Below are positions 8,717 to 17,595 of a stretch of 64,000 bases of DNA, one piece after another. Numbering within the stretch: position 1 is the stretch's first letter; each line of letters begins with the position of its first letter. This stretch comes from Candidatus Yanofskybacteria bacterium. Lineage in GTDB: Bacteria > Patescibacteriota > Minisyncoccia > 2-02-FULL-40-12 > GWA2-44-9. The stretch covers positions 19,814 through 83,813 of the forward strand of contig JADZAY010000005.1 of NCBI GenBank assembly GCA_020852375.1, given 5' to 3'. Both the position numbers and the translations under genes were made by a program. The notes under the pieces are model-generated. The model did no database searches, was not told the DNA's origin, and was given only the letters and a program-made list of their open reading frames with translations.

Positions 8717-9097
8717 ATGTCTGAGCTTCAGTATCTGTGCGCATCGTGCGGCGACCCTTTTTCTCGTAACCACGGCGTTTTTCTCGGAACGAAGATGTGT
8801 CCGAGCTGTCGCGAGAGCTCTCCGCTGAGGGAAAAACTTCACGAGGCGCTCGAAGACTTCCGCGAGCAGGGCCTCGGGGCCACCCGCGACGAGCGGGCGG
8901 TAATGGAGGTTCTTGAGGATCGCGCATCGGAGCCGGAGACGCGGTACGTGTGCGGAGATTGCCGAGAGACGGTGGTCTCGGAGGGATCGATCCGGTGCTA
9001 CGGGTGCGAGCAGGAGTACGAGCGGCGAGAGCGTGAAGAGGAGCGCGCCCGTGAGCAGGCAGAGCGCGACTGGGAGCGGTTCAAGCGGTCCATCTAG
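8717..9097 (+). CDS. double zinc-ribbon protein with highly charged (ERRE-rich) C-terminus
   Basis: CASCG...CPSC and CGDC...CYGC pairs. GGAGGTGGGT RBS. Hairpin/T-run terminator at about 9111-9138. Confidence 0.4.
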   Translation: MSELQYLCASCGDPFSRNHGVFLGTKMCPSCRESSPLREKLHEALEDFREQGLGATRDERAVMEVLEDRASEPETRYVCGDCRETVVSEGSIRCYGCEQEYERREREEERAREQAERDWERFKRSI

Positions 9098-9178
9098 TTT
9101 CGTAATTCTCACGGCGGCCGGCAACGGCCGCTTTTTGGTGGAATAAAAAGCCGCGCAGTTTGTCTGCGCGGCGGAGCT

Positions 9179-9544
9179 TCAGGCGCTCTGCTTCAGGATC
9201 AACGGGATGACGCCGAGCGAGTACCGGACGAAACCGTCTCGGGGCTCTCGGAAGAGCGGATAGTTGAGGATCCAGTTCTCTGAGCTCTGGGCGACCTGGG
9301 GGAGGACGCTCTCGAACGTGCGCCCCTTCACCATGAAGCAGTCGCCAGTGCTCTCGTCCACCACGACGACCGTGACGGGGAAGTCCTCGCTCCCACCGTC
9401 CTTGACGAGCTGGTGGCCGGCGAAGGTGATGCCAGTGAACACCTTCCCGCCCTCGGCGTCCTGAATGGGCTCCCATTGGGCGCTACACAGGGCTTGGAGG
9501 AGTTCGGCCGGCGCGTAGCCGGTCACTTCTGCCATCTCTCGCAT
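9179..9544 (-). CDS. hypothetical protein
   Basis: 121 aa; GGAGGTGA RBS on the minus strand. A bidirectional terminator (9146-9180) follows its stop. Confidence 0.45.
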   Translation of the reverse strand: MREMAEVTGYAPAELLQALCSAQWEPIQDAEGGKVFTGITFAGHQLVKDGGSEDFPVTVVVVDESTGDCFMVKGRTFESVLPQVAQSSENWILNYPLFREPRDGFVRYSLGVIPLILKQSA

Positions 9545-9649
9545 GCCTCACCTCCGGAAGTGAATGCTGACACAAGAATATAACACATTTGCATATTTGT
9601 CAATTTACCTGGCTGGTGAATCGTGGCATACTCACGGCCGGAGGTGGAG

Positions 9650-9883
9650 ATGAAAAAGCGGTACTGGTTGCGTCTCCCGGGGCTTCCCTGGCGGGAAGTT
9701 TCTCGGGAGCGGTACATCGAAGTCGAACGGAATGCAGGTTTTCGTCCGAAGCCCGGACTTGAGCCGCCCGCGACAGCGGCATTCTCGAACGGTATTGTCG
9801 CAGGAACCACCACGCTCGGTCGCAAGATCCCGCCGGTGGTGCTTCCGGTGACCTGCGCCAAAAAGGCGGATGGAGGCAAGTGA
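9650..9883 (+). CDS. hypothetical small basic protein
   Basis: GGAGGTGGAG RBS then ATG at 9650. Its stop overlaps the start of the next gene. Confidence 0.3.
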   Translation: MKKRYWLRLPGLPWREVSRERYIEVERNAGFRPKPGLEPPATAAFSNGIVAGTTTLGRKIPPVVLPVTCAKKADGGK

Positions 9884-10314
9884 TGAACATTCACCCGAAC
9901 AGTGCCGCGCTCGGTGCGGCTCTCCTCTTCGGTATCGTCGTCTTTCCCTGGAAGTCGACGGTCGTGACGCTGGGACAGTCGGGGATGTTCCTGTTCGTGG
10001 GTGCCACCTACCTCGCGACTGGCATCATCCTGTATCGGATGTCCGGGTTCTCGTCACAGCTTACGGGAAAGGTGTTCGCGGTCGCGATGGTGATGGCGCT
10101 CATGTATGTGGGCGCTCTCCTCTGCTGTAACTACGCATTCGCGCATCCGAAGGCCAATCTGCCGATCGCGGCGGCGATCACGGCGGCATATCCGCTGGTG
10201 AGCGCCGCGATTACCGTGGTAGCGTTGGGTCAGCGATTCACGCTCCGAGAGACCGTTTTCTTCCTGATGGCGGTCGTCGGTGTATCAGGTCTCGGACTTT
10301 CTTCGAAGGGGTGA
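9883..10314 (+). CDS. small 4-TM membrane protein (EamA/DMT-like half-transporter fold)
   Basis: 144 aa, four hydrophobic helices, translationally coupled to the upstream ORF. Confidence 0.4.
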   Translation: MNIHPNSAALGAALLFGIVVFPWKSTVVTLGQSGMFLFVGATYLATGIILYRMSGFSSQLTGKVFAVAMVMALMYVGALLCCNYAFAHPKANLPIAAAITAAYPLVSAAITVVALGQRFTLRETVFFLMAVVGVSGLGLSSKG

Positions 10315-10322
10315 GGTGAATA

Positions 10323-10526
10323 ATGGGCATGAGCAGTGAGCAGCGGACCCATGAGTGCGGGGAACTGGTAACGCGGGTGCGGATTTCCGATGCGCACGAC
10401 CCGTTTCCGTTCACCCAGTTTCTCGTTCGCGACCCGGAGGACCAGCAGACCTACACCAGCGACTACTGTCCGCGGTGCGGGAAGGAGCTGACCTCGCAAA
10501 ACACGACAGCAGTGAAGCGAACGTAA
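10323..10526 (+). CDS. small zinc-ribbon protein
   Basis: C...CPRCG motif; 67 aa. A strong terminator (10530-10560) follows. Confidence 0.3.
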   Translation: MGMSSEQRTHECGELVTRVRISDAHDPFPFTQFLVRDPEDQQTYTSDYCPRCGKELTSQNTTAVKRT

Positions 10527-10529
10527 GTT

Positions 10530-10560
10530 CACCGCCCCTTGTGGGCGGTTTTTGTTGGGG
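10530..10560 (+). terminator. rho-independent terminator
   Basis: CCGCCCCTTGTGGGCGG followed by TTTTTG. Confidence 0.6.
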
Positions 10561-10607
10561 GTATCGTTGGTGTGCAGTTCTTTGAAAATCACCACAAGGA
10601 GTTCGTC

Positions 10608-11357
10608 ATGACGGCCAAAGGTCTTTTATTCGACGTCACTCGGTGCGCACTTTGTGGTGCGTGCTGGTTAGCCGACAAGGAACGGAACGAGCTTCCCATT
10701 CCCGATGGCGATTTCACCGGTGATCGATTGTCGGATACGACATTCCTCGCCATTGAGCGTCACGGGGCTCGGGGTGTTCGGCATTCCTGCATGCATTGTG
10801 TTCAGCCGACGTGCGCTTCGGTGTGCCCGGTTGCTGCGCTCGAAAAGACTTCGATTGGCGCCGTGGTATACCACCAGGAGCGCTGTATCGGGTGTCGGTA
10901 CTGTGTCGTTGCGTGTCCGTTCTGCATTCCGAAGTACGAGTGGAGCAAGCAGCTTCCGTATGTTCGGAAGTGCGACTTCTGCTACAGCCGCATCGTTGCT
11001 GGAGAGTCTCCGGCATGTGCGGCAGCGTGCCCAACCGGTGCGCTTCTCTACGGTGAGCGGAGTGCGCTTCTGCATATCGCGCATGAGCGCATCGCCGCTG
11101 GCAACGGAACATACGTTGATCGTGTGTATGGGGAGTACGAAGTTGGTGGTACCTCGCTCCTCATTCTGACGGATATCCCACTCGAGGAGTTGGGCTATCC
11201 TACCAACCTTCCCGGTACCCCCATGCCGTCTTTGACGTGGGAGGCGCTCGTAAATGTTCCACGGGTTGTTCTACTCGGTGGGGCGATACTAACCGGACTG
11301 TGGTGGCTCACGAAACGCCGCGAAGAAGTGCATGCGGCTCGGAAGGAGCAGCAATGA
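10608..11357 (+). CDS. 4x[4Fe-4S] ferredoxin-type electron-transfer subunit (HybA/NrfC/PsrB/FdnH-like) with C-terminal TM anchor
   Basis: Four Cys clusters: CALCGAC...CP, CMHCVQPTCASVCP, CIGCRYCVVACP and CDFCYSRIVAGESPACAAACP. C-terminal hydrophobic helix VVLLGGAILTGLWWL. ACAAGGAG RBS. No twin-arginine signal is visible at the N-terminus. Confidence 0.75.
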   Translation: MTAKGLLFDVTRCALCGACWLADKERNELPIPDGDFTGDRLSDTTFLAIERHGARGVRHSCMHCVQPTCASVCPVAALEKTSIGAVVYHQERCIGCRYCVVACPFCIPKYEWSKQLPYVRKCDFCYSRIVAGESPACAAACPTGALLYGERSALLHIAHERIAAGNGTYVDRVYGEYEVGGTSLLILTDIPLEELGYPTNLPGTPMPSLTWEALVNVPRVVLLGGAILTGLWWLTKRREEVHAARKEQQ

Positions 11358-12892
11358 AACGCAGACTCAGCATCGGGTGGCTGTTCCTGGTTACCGTCCT
11401 GGCGGCGGGCCTCTACAGCATGGCCGTGCGCGTGTTCAAGGGGCTTGGTGCGAGTACACATCTGAGCGACCAGTTCCCGTGGGGGCTATGGGTTGGCTTT
11501 GATGTCTTGTGCGGAGTGGCGCTCGCGGCTGGAGCATTCACGCTCAGTGGCGCGGTCTACATTCTGCACCTGGATCGCTACAAGCCGCTGGTTCGGGCAG
11601 CGATCATGACCGGATTCATCGGATACCTTGCGGCGATCGTCGGCCTTCTGTTCGACCTCGGACACCCCTATCGTATCTGGCACCCACTCATCATGTGGAA
11701 TCCGCACTCGGTAATGTTCGAGATCTCGTGGTGCGTGACCCTCTACACAACGGTGCTTGCGGTGGAGTTCAGTGCGTTCGTGTTCGAGCGCCTGCGGATG
11801 ACCTTCGCTGCGCGCGCGGCGCTGGCCATAACGGTCCCACTGGTGATTCTGGGAATCATTCTTTCTACCCTCCACCAGTCGTCGCTTGGCTCGCTGTTCC
11901 TTATCGTGCCGTCGAAGCTGCATCCGCTGTGGTATTCGCCATGGCTCCCGATATTCTTCTTTGCTTCAGCGCTTGCAATCGGATGCGGCATGGTTATCGT
12001 CGAGTCGTTCCTCAGTTCCAAGGCATTCAATATGGAGCTTGAGGTCGACATCCTCTCTAGCCTGGGGCGGGTGCTTGTCGTTGTGCTCGGCGTGTACGGT
12101 CTTGCGCGGGTCATTGATCTGACCGACCGCGGCGTTTGGTACCTGGTTGCAGTTCCCGGCTTCGAACGGTGTATGTTCCTTGCCGAGATTCTCCTTGCTC
12201 CCATTGGTGCGATGGTGCTCATGATGATGCCGAATGCGCGGAAGAACCGCCTCGGGCTCTTCATGGGCGGCCTCATGACGGTCGCCGGGTTCATCTTGAA
12301 TCGCTTCAACGTGAGCATGACAGGTCTCGTCCGCGCTTCGGGAACGAAGTATGTTCCCAGCTGGATGGAGATTTCTGTGACGCTGACGCTTGTTGTGGTA
12401 GCGGTCGCGCTTTTCGCTGTTGCAGCGCGCACACTGCGCATTTTCCCTGATGCCAAACCGTGTTTGGAAGAAGGGCAGACGTGCAAGGATAAGCCGAGCT
12501 GCTGTCTCGTGACGCCTGCGAAGCTGTGGATTCTGGCGATATGGGTTGCGGTGGGTATGCTCATCGTGAACGCCGTACGAGATTTTGCGGCATACCAACC
12601 AGCGGCGGTGCAGCACGAGGCAGTACAACGTGGACCCGCTTCCTATCCCGTGCTTCCGAAGACGCTCACATTTACGCCGTCGGCCGACAGTCCTGGACCG
12701 GTTTCTTTCAGCCATGAGACGCATCATGCGCTTGGGGCCTGCGCGGACTGTCATGCCGGTCGGTTCAGCATTCTACCTCGGGGGACGCACAGCGGAGCGG
12801 GGCGCGACATGCATGCGCCCGAGCGCTGTGGCATGTGTCATGATGGCAAGGCTGTGAGCAATGAATGCACAGCGTGCCACGCTGTTCCATAG
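11354..12892 (+). CDS. NrfD/PsrC/HybB-family polytopic membrane subunit fused to a C-terminal triheme c-type cytochrome domain
   Basis: ATG overlaps the upstream stop (ATGA). About 8-10 TM helices typical of the NrfD family. The C-terminal ~110 aa carry three CxxCH motifs (CADCH, CGMCH, CTACH). Confidence 0.75.
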   Translation: MKRRLSIGWLFLVTVLAAGLYSMAVRVFKGLGASTHLSDQFPWGLWVGFDVLCGVALAAGAFTLSGAVYILHLDRYKPLVRAAIMTGFIGYLAAIVGLLFDLGHPYRIWHPLIMWNPHSVMFEISWCVTLYTTVLAVEFSAFVFERLRMTFAARAALAITVPLVILGIILSTLHQSSLGSLFLIVPSKLHPLWYSPWLPIFFFASALAIGCGMVIVESFLSSKAFNMELEVDILSSLGRVLVVVLGVYGLARVIDLTDRGVWYLVAVPGFERCMFLAEILLAPIGAMVLMMMPNARKNRLGLFMGGLMTVAGFILNRFNVSMTGLVRASGTKYVPSWMEISVTLTLVVVAVALFAVAARTLRIFPDAKPCLEEGQTCKDKPSCCLVTPAKLWILAIWVAVGMLIVNAVRDFAAYQPAAVQHEAVQRGPASYPVLPKTLTFTPSADSPGPVSFSHETHHALGACADCHAGRFSILPRGTHSGAGRDMHAPERCGMCHDGKAVSNECTACHAVP

Positions 12893-12902
12893 TGTACGGG
12901 GA

Positions 12903-12945
12903 AACCCGCGGCCGAGGACTCTGTCCTCGGCCGGTTATTATTGAC
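12903..12945 (+). terminator. rho-independent terminator
   Basis: CCGCGGCCGAGGAC-TCTG-TCCTCGGCCGG followed by TTATTATT. Confidence 0.55.
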
Positions 12946-12999
12946 GAGTCTTGCTGCAGTGGTATATTCGGGAGTGGCACATTAAGAAGGGGTGGTGTC

Positions 13000-13251
13000 A
13001 TGGGACCTCTTATCGTCCTGACGGTGACGTTCTGCGTGTTCTGGGTGATCACATACATCGCCATGCACGTTTCCTGCTATCTCAAGCGGAAATACAAGGA
13101 CACCGAGAACAAGATCGCGAAGTTCCTCATGTCCCTCATGTGCGAATCTTGCCGGGCGGCTTGTGAGAATCACATCATGCTCTTCAAGCGCTCGGTCATG
13201 TTCGCGCTACTTCTTTCGATCGTCGCTACGGCGGCCTACTTCATTCGTTGA
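13000..13251 (+). CDS. small 2-TM membrane protein, Cys-rich, in a locally lower-GC segment
   Basis: 83 aa from the ATG at 13000 (AAGAAGGGG RBS). Its codon usage (AAA/AAG/TAC-rich) departs from the neighbours. Confidence 0.35.
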   Translation: MGPLIVLTVTFCVFWVITYIAMHVSCYLKRKYKDTENKIAKFLMSLMCESCRAACENHIMLFKRSVMFALLLSIVATAAYFIR

Positions 13252-13294
13252 CCACCCTTCGGGGTGGTCGTTTTGTGCGTTCATTGGGTTGAGT

Positions 13295-13735
13295 ATGGTA
13301 CAGTGGGGCATGCATCTCAAACTCCAGCGGCTCCACCCCGCCGCGACACTTCCTAGTTATGCGAACCCTGGCGATGCGGGCATGGACCTGCACACCGTTG
13401 AGCGGGTACTCATTCGTCCCGGAGCGTCCGCGGTGGTCGCGACCGGCATTGCCGTTGCATTGCCGCGTGGGTGTGTCGGGCTTATTTGGGACAAAAGCGG
13501 TCTTGCGACCAAGCACGGACTGAAAGTCATGGGAGGCGTCATCGATGAAGGATATCGGGGCGAGATCAAGGTCGGCCTGGTGAACCTCGGGACGAAGCGT
13601 CTGGTGCTCGAGCCTGGCCATAAAGTTGCGCAGATGTTGGTGCAGAGGGTGAGTCGTGTGACGGTAAAAGAAGTGCCCTCGCTCTCGAGCACTCGCCGCG
13701 GCGCCAAGGGTTTTGGATCCAGTGGTATCAAATGA
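13295..13735 (+). CDS. dut: dUTP diphosphatase
   Basis: LPSYANPGDAGMDLH (motif I/II), GVIDEGYRGEI (motif III), RGAKGFGSSG (motif V). Confidence 0.8.
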   Translation: MVQWGMHLKLQRLHPAATLPSYANPGDAGMDLHTVERVLIRPGASAVVATGIAVALPRGCVGLIWDKSGLATKHGLKVMGGVIDEGYRGEIKVGLVNLGTKRLVLEPGHKVAQMLVQRVSRVTVKEVPSLSSTRRGAKGFGSSGIK

Positions 13736-13747
13736 TATAGTGGGTTC

Positions 13748-14254
13748 ATGCTGTTGTTCTCATGGTTCGGGCGGCGCTTCTCATGGAAGAAGGCATTCGT
13801 TGCATTCCTGGGCGCGCTTGTAGTGAGCATTGGTGTCGTGATCGTACGAAATGAGCGCTTGCCGAGCGCCCCAGATGTGAAAGGAGCAACCTATCTCCTT
13901 GATGGCGAGCGCATCACGCTTACCGGTATATATACTTACTTTGGCAATGAGGCTGCTGGCGACTTGAATGGCGATGGGAAGGACGATGTCGCATTTTTGT
14001 TTGTTGCTCAGCCGGGGGGTTCAGGCTCATTCTATTATGTTGCGGTCGCGTTGCGGGATGGCGGTGGATATCGGGGAACGAATGCCGTATTTCTCGGCGA
14101 CCGGATCGCTCCCCAGACGATTGGGATCAAAGATGGAGCGGTTGTGGTGAATTATGCCGACCGTCGCGCAGGCGAGCCCTACTCGGTGCGCCCATCCGTG
14201 GGCATCTCGAAATACTTTCATGTCCGGAATGGATCGCTGATCGAGATCAAGTAA
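13748..14254 (+). CDS. exported/membrane-anchored hypothetical protein
   Basis: N-terminal TM helix plus a Gly/Asp-rich domain. A bidirectional terminator (14255-14290) follows. Confidence 0.45.
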   Translation: MLLFSWFGRRFSWKKAFVAFLGALVVSIGVVIVRNERLPSAPDVKGATYLLDGERITLTGIYTYFGNEAAGDLNGDGKDDVAFLFVAQPGGSGSFYYVAVALRDGGGYRGTNAVFLGDRIAPQTIGIKDGAVVVNYADRRAGEPYSVRPSVGISKYFHVRNGSLIEIK

Positions 14255-14290
14255 AAAGCCGCGAAGAGAGTCTTCGCGGCTGCTGCCGGG

Positions 14291-15604
14291 TCAGTGGCAG
14301 ACGGGGTTTGCAGTGAGCGTTCCGGTTGCGGTGACCAGTGCCGAGCACTGCATGCCTTTCTTCAGGCCTTTCCAGTACTCCAGCGGTGGGTCGGCGAGCT
14401 GATAGCTCCGGCCCTTCTGGTCTGTGAACGTGACGCGCCGCGTCTCGCTTCGCGCCTTTTCACGCTGTCGGGGTGACAGGTCGGGCGTCGGCCACTTCGG
14501 ATCGGTGTCGAAGGCGCCGGCTCGATCCATGCGCAGGTCGGACCATCGCTCGATGTCGTACGTGTGCTTCAGGGCGTAGACCGGGAACGGTTCCATGATG
14601 TCTTCCGTGCAGGGATGCTTGCACGACACGTACCCGTACTGGTTTTCTTGGCAGTCGTGCGTACAGGAGCGCGTGGTGTACGTGTCCTCGCTGCAGTCGT
14701 GCGTGCACGGCATTGTCGAATAGGTCGGCTCAGAGCAGTAATTTTGCCTGAATCGGCCGTTGCCAAGGTTCGTGGTGCCGCAAGCGTACCGGCGGGTGCC
14801 GGTCTGCATGCGGTGGCCAGAGTGGCAGCGGAAGTGTCGGGTCCCCGTTCTCTCTCGATGCCCACCGGGATGGCAGGTGAAGTGGCGGACGCCGACTTTT
14901 TCACGATCGCCTTGGGGGTGACAGCGGACCGGCCGCTCGCCGATCTTGCGCGAGCCGTAGTGGTGGATGGCCTGATACGAACCGGTCTCGCGACCTCCGG
15001 GCGGGACGGTCCAGTCTTCTTCGTGAACCGTGCGCTCTTCCTCGATGTTGATCGTGCGCTCCCAGGAGACGGTCGTGACCGTGAGCTTCGTCGGGTGCGG
15101 GGTCACAAGCCACCAGATGCCGATCATGGCTCCGATGGCGAGGAGCGCGAGGAGCAGCATGTGGACGGTCAGTGCTCGGTTGATGCGGTCCGGATCGGCG
15201 GCGTTGCTAGCGGGGCGTGAAGCGGTCCTCTTCGGCGCCGCTTCCTCGCGCTGGCGTTGCGTGCGCGGGCTCTCGCTCGGCGCAGCTTCGCGGCTCGTGT
15301 ACTCGGTGACCTTCTGCCGTCGGTTCTCGTCCAGCGGGGCGGAACACTGCGGACACGAGGTCTGACCGGCGGCGACGCTGCTTCCGCAGCTATCGCAGAT
15401 GAGGTCGGATCCGGCCTTCGCCGCAGCGATGCGGCTCGGGTCGGTGACGACTCGGGCATCCGAGGGCAGGTAGAACTCGACGTCTTCGGGGCGCGGGGCG
15501 CCGCAGCCGGCGCACGCCATCGCTTCGCCGTCTTGTCCGGGGTGCCCGTAGGGGCAGTCCCACTTCCCGACGAGGATCTCAGAATCCTCAGGTTCGTCGG
15601 TCAT
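14291..15604 (-). CDS. membrane protein with two cytoplasmic zinc ribbons, one TM helix and an extracytoplasmic His/Cys-rich tandem-repeat domain
   Basis: CPYGH...CAGCG and CDSCG...CPQCS; TM helix LLLALLAIGAMIGIWWLV. Repeats RCHPQGDREKVGVRHF / TCHPGGHRERTGTRHF / RCHSGHRMQTGTRRY, then CTHDCSEDTY / CTHDCQENQY / CKHPCTEDIM. An AT-rich promoter region lies upstream (15605-15720). Confidence 0.5.
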   Translation of the reverse strand: MTDEPEDSEILVGKWDCPYGHPGQDGEAMACAGCGAPRPEDVEFYLPSDARVVTDPSRIAAAKAGSDLICDSCGSSVAAGQTSCPQCSAPLDENRRQKVTEYTSREAAPSESPRTQRQREEAAPKRTASRPASNAADPDRINRALTVHMLLLALLAIGAMIGIWWLVTPHPTKLTVTTVSWERTINIEEERTVHEEDWTVPPGGRETGSYQAIHHYGSRKIGERPVRCHPQGDREKVGVRHFTCHPGGHRERTGTRHFRCHSGHRMQTGTRRYACGTTNLGNGRFRQNYCSEPTYSTMPCTHDCSEDTYTTRSCTHDCQENQYGYVSCKHPCTEDIMEPFPVYALKHTYDIERWSDLRMDRAGAFDTDPKWPTPDLSPRQREKARSETRRVTFTDQKGRSYQLADPPLEYWKGLKKGMQCSALVTATGTLTANPVCH

Positions 15605-15720
15605 GGCTTGTTCCTTTCCTGTAAACGAACGATGGAATTATTATATACAAATTGTAGGAAAAGTCAATTATTCGGCACTTCACGCCTTGCTCGCTCGCGG
15701 TTGCGGTGTATGCTTACGCT

Positions 15721-16308
15721 ATGAACAAGAAACTCATTGCGGGAGCAGTTGCACTGCTCGTGGTCGCGGGTGCGGTGTGGTACCTCGGCGGTCGAGGCGG
15801 CGGTGGCGGGGCGACGATGACTCTGCGGTCCTTGATGGCAGCAGGGCGCGCGCAAAAATGCACGTACACATTCTCTGCTGGCGGCGTAACGAGCGCCGGA
15901 ACCGTGTACCTGATGGGCAATCGGATGCGTGGTGACTTCACGACAACGCAGGGTGGCACGACGACCGGTGGGCATATGATCGTCAATGGCGACACCACTT
16001 CATTCTGGACGGACGGTCAGACGCAAGGATTTACGGTGAAGGGTGAGGCATCGGGGGAAGCGGGGAATGCTGTGCGTGATGCGGTAGACCTCGATGCGAA
16101 CACGGCATACAACTGCACGGGGTGGAGCGGCGATGAGCGGCAGTTCACGCTTCCCGTGGGCGTCACCTTTTCCGACTTTTCTTCGATGATGCAGGAGGTT
16201 CAGAAGTCGGCTGGGAATGGAGCTAACCCGCAGTCTGCCTGCGGTGCGTGCGATTCGCTCTCCGGCGACGAGCGAACGCAGTGCCGAGCGGCTCTGCAGT
16301 GTAACTAA
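15721..16308 (+). CDS. secreted hypothetical protein (signal anchor, Gly/Thr-rich, C-terminal Cys cluster)
   Basis: MNKKLIAGAVALLVVAGAVW signal-like N-terminus; 195 aa. Confidence 0.45.
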   Translation: MNKKLIAGAVALLVVAGAVWYLGGRGGGGGATMTLRSLMAAGRAQKCTYTFSAGGVTSAGTVYLMGNRMRGDFTTTQGGTTTGGHMIVNGDTTSFWTDGQTQGFTVKGEASGEAGNAVRDAVDLDANTAYNCTGWSGDERQFTLPVGVTFSDFSSMMQEVQKSAGNGANPQSACGACDSLSGDERTQCRAALQCN

Positions 16309-16783
16309 CATGATCCCGTGTACGAATAGATCATCTTCGGGGGCGGTGTACGGTATGGGGTTCATCGGTGCGGCGGTGTATTTTATCCAGCAGGCAACCT
16401 CCTTCGGGAGCGGCGTTGTGGGATTCCTGAAGGCGATCGTGTGGCCGGCCTTCATGGTCTACAAGCTGTTCCAGCTTCTGGGGTAGCGCGGGTTATCAAG
16501 GGTGCGCATTGACGCTTCCGCACGGGTGGTATACTTGAAGTGTATTCGTATCAACCTTACCCGCTCTCACTATGTGGTATCTCATTGGTGCAGTGGTTCT
16601 GATCGCGCTTGCGTGGTGGCTCCTCGGTCGTAAAAAGGCGGCTCCGAGCGTCGCTCCGATGCCTCCGCAGCAGCCGATGCCCCCACAGCAGCCTCCGCAG
16701 CAGCCCGGGCAGCCGCAAATGTAGGTAGCAACAGCGCCCCCGTCCGGGGGTGCTGTTTTGTGCGGTTTTGCTATACTGGGCGC

Positions 16784-17179
16784 ATGGAACCGGATGCGCT
16801 TCCCAAAAACGACGAAGAATGGCGGAAACGGCTCACTCCGGAGCAGTACGATGTGCTTCGGCGGGGCGGCACGGAAGCCCCGTTCTCCGGGGCATACGTT
16901 GGCGACCATGACGCGGGCATGTACGCATGCGCCGCGTGCGGGCAAGAGCTTTTTTCGAGCGATACAAAGTTCGACTCCGGAACCGGGTGGCCCAGCTTTA
17001 CCGACCCGGTAAACCTGGAGCACATCGAGCTCGTTCCGGACACCAGTCACGGTATGGTGCGTACGGAGGTCCGTTGCCGGCGGTGCGGGTCGCATCTCGG
17101 CCATGTCTTTAATGATGGTCCCCCTGAAAAAGGCGGAAAGCGGTATTGCATCAATTCGGTGTGTCTCCTGAAGAAGTAA
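16784..17179 (+). CDS. msrB: peptide-methionine (R)-S-oxide reductase MsrB
   Basis: Zinc-binding CxxC pairs (CAAC, CRRC) and the catalytic [14 protein letters not shown] motif; 131 aa. Confidence 0.85.
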   Translation: MEPDALPKNDEEWRKRLTPEQYDVLRRGGTEAPFSGAYVGDHDAGMYACAACGQELFSSDTKFDSGTGWPSFTDPVNLEHIELVPDTSHGMVRTEVRCRRCGSHLGHVFNDGPPEKGGKRYCINSVCLLKK

Positions 17180-17186
17180 GCGCTCT

Positions 17187-17552
17187 ATGACGCCCACAAC
17201 GCTCAGAACCATTGCCCTCTGCACGGGAGCCGCGCTGATCGCGACGGCGGTGTTCGGATTGTGCGCGATGACCGTTGATGCCATGGGGTCGCACGACATG
17301 CAGTGCGGGGGCATGGCGCTTGCTTCGTTGCTGTGTGAGTCGACCGTTACGCAGACGAATCTGCATTTTATAACGGTCGCGCTTGCGCTGTTTGTCGGGA
17401 TGGTCGTTTGCCTCGCCGCTTTCCATCGAGTGGCGGCGCCCCTCCTTCGCCCGGCATATCAGCGGGAACGTTTCTATTCTCATCTCCCCATGACCGCTCT
17501 GCGGCTTGCACTCGCGCGGGGTGTCTTGCAACCGAAAGTGTTTTCCAACTAG
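17187..17552 (+). CDS. small membrane protein with Cys/Met-rich loop (MQCGGMALASLLCES)
   Basis: 121 aa, 3 TM helices, immediately upstream of the copper cluster. Confidence 0.35.
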   Translation: MTPTTLRTIALCTGAALIATAVFGLCAMTVDAMGSHDMQCGGMALASLLCESTVTQTNLHFITVALALFVGMVVCLAAFHRVAAPLLRPAYQRERFYSHLPMTALRLALARGVLQPKVFSN

Positions 17553-17595
17553 GGCGCGTTGCGCACAGGCGCAGTGGTCGGATAACACTGAAGTC

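Noticed and set aside
16496-17314. 272-aa minus-strand ORF across the msrB region containing CCGGCCGG repeats
   Set aside because: It is antisense to msrB, which has unmistakable motifs. Its repetitive Gly/Cys run is the reverse complement of a Pro/Gln-rich small + ORF.
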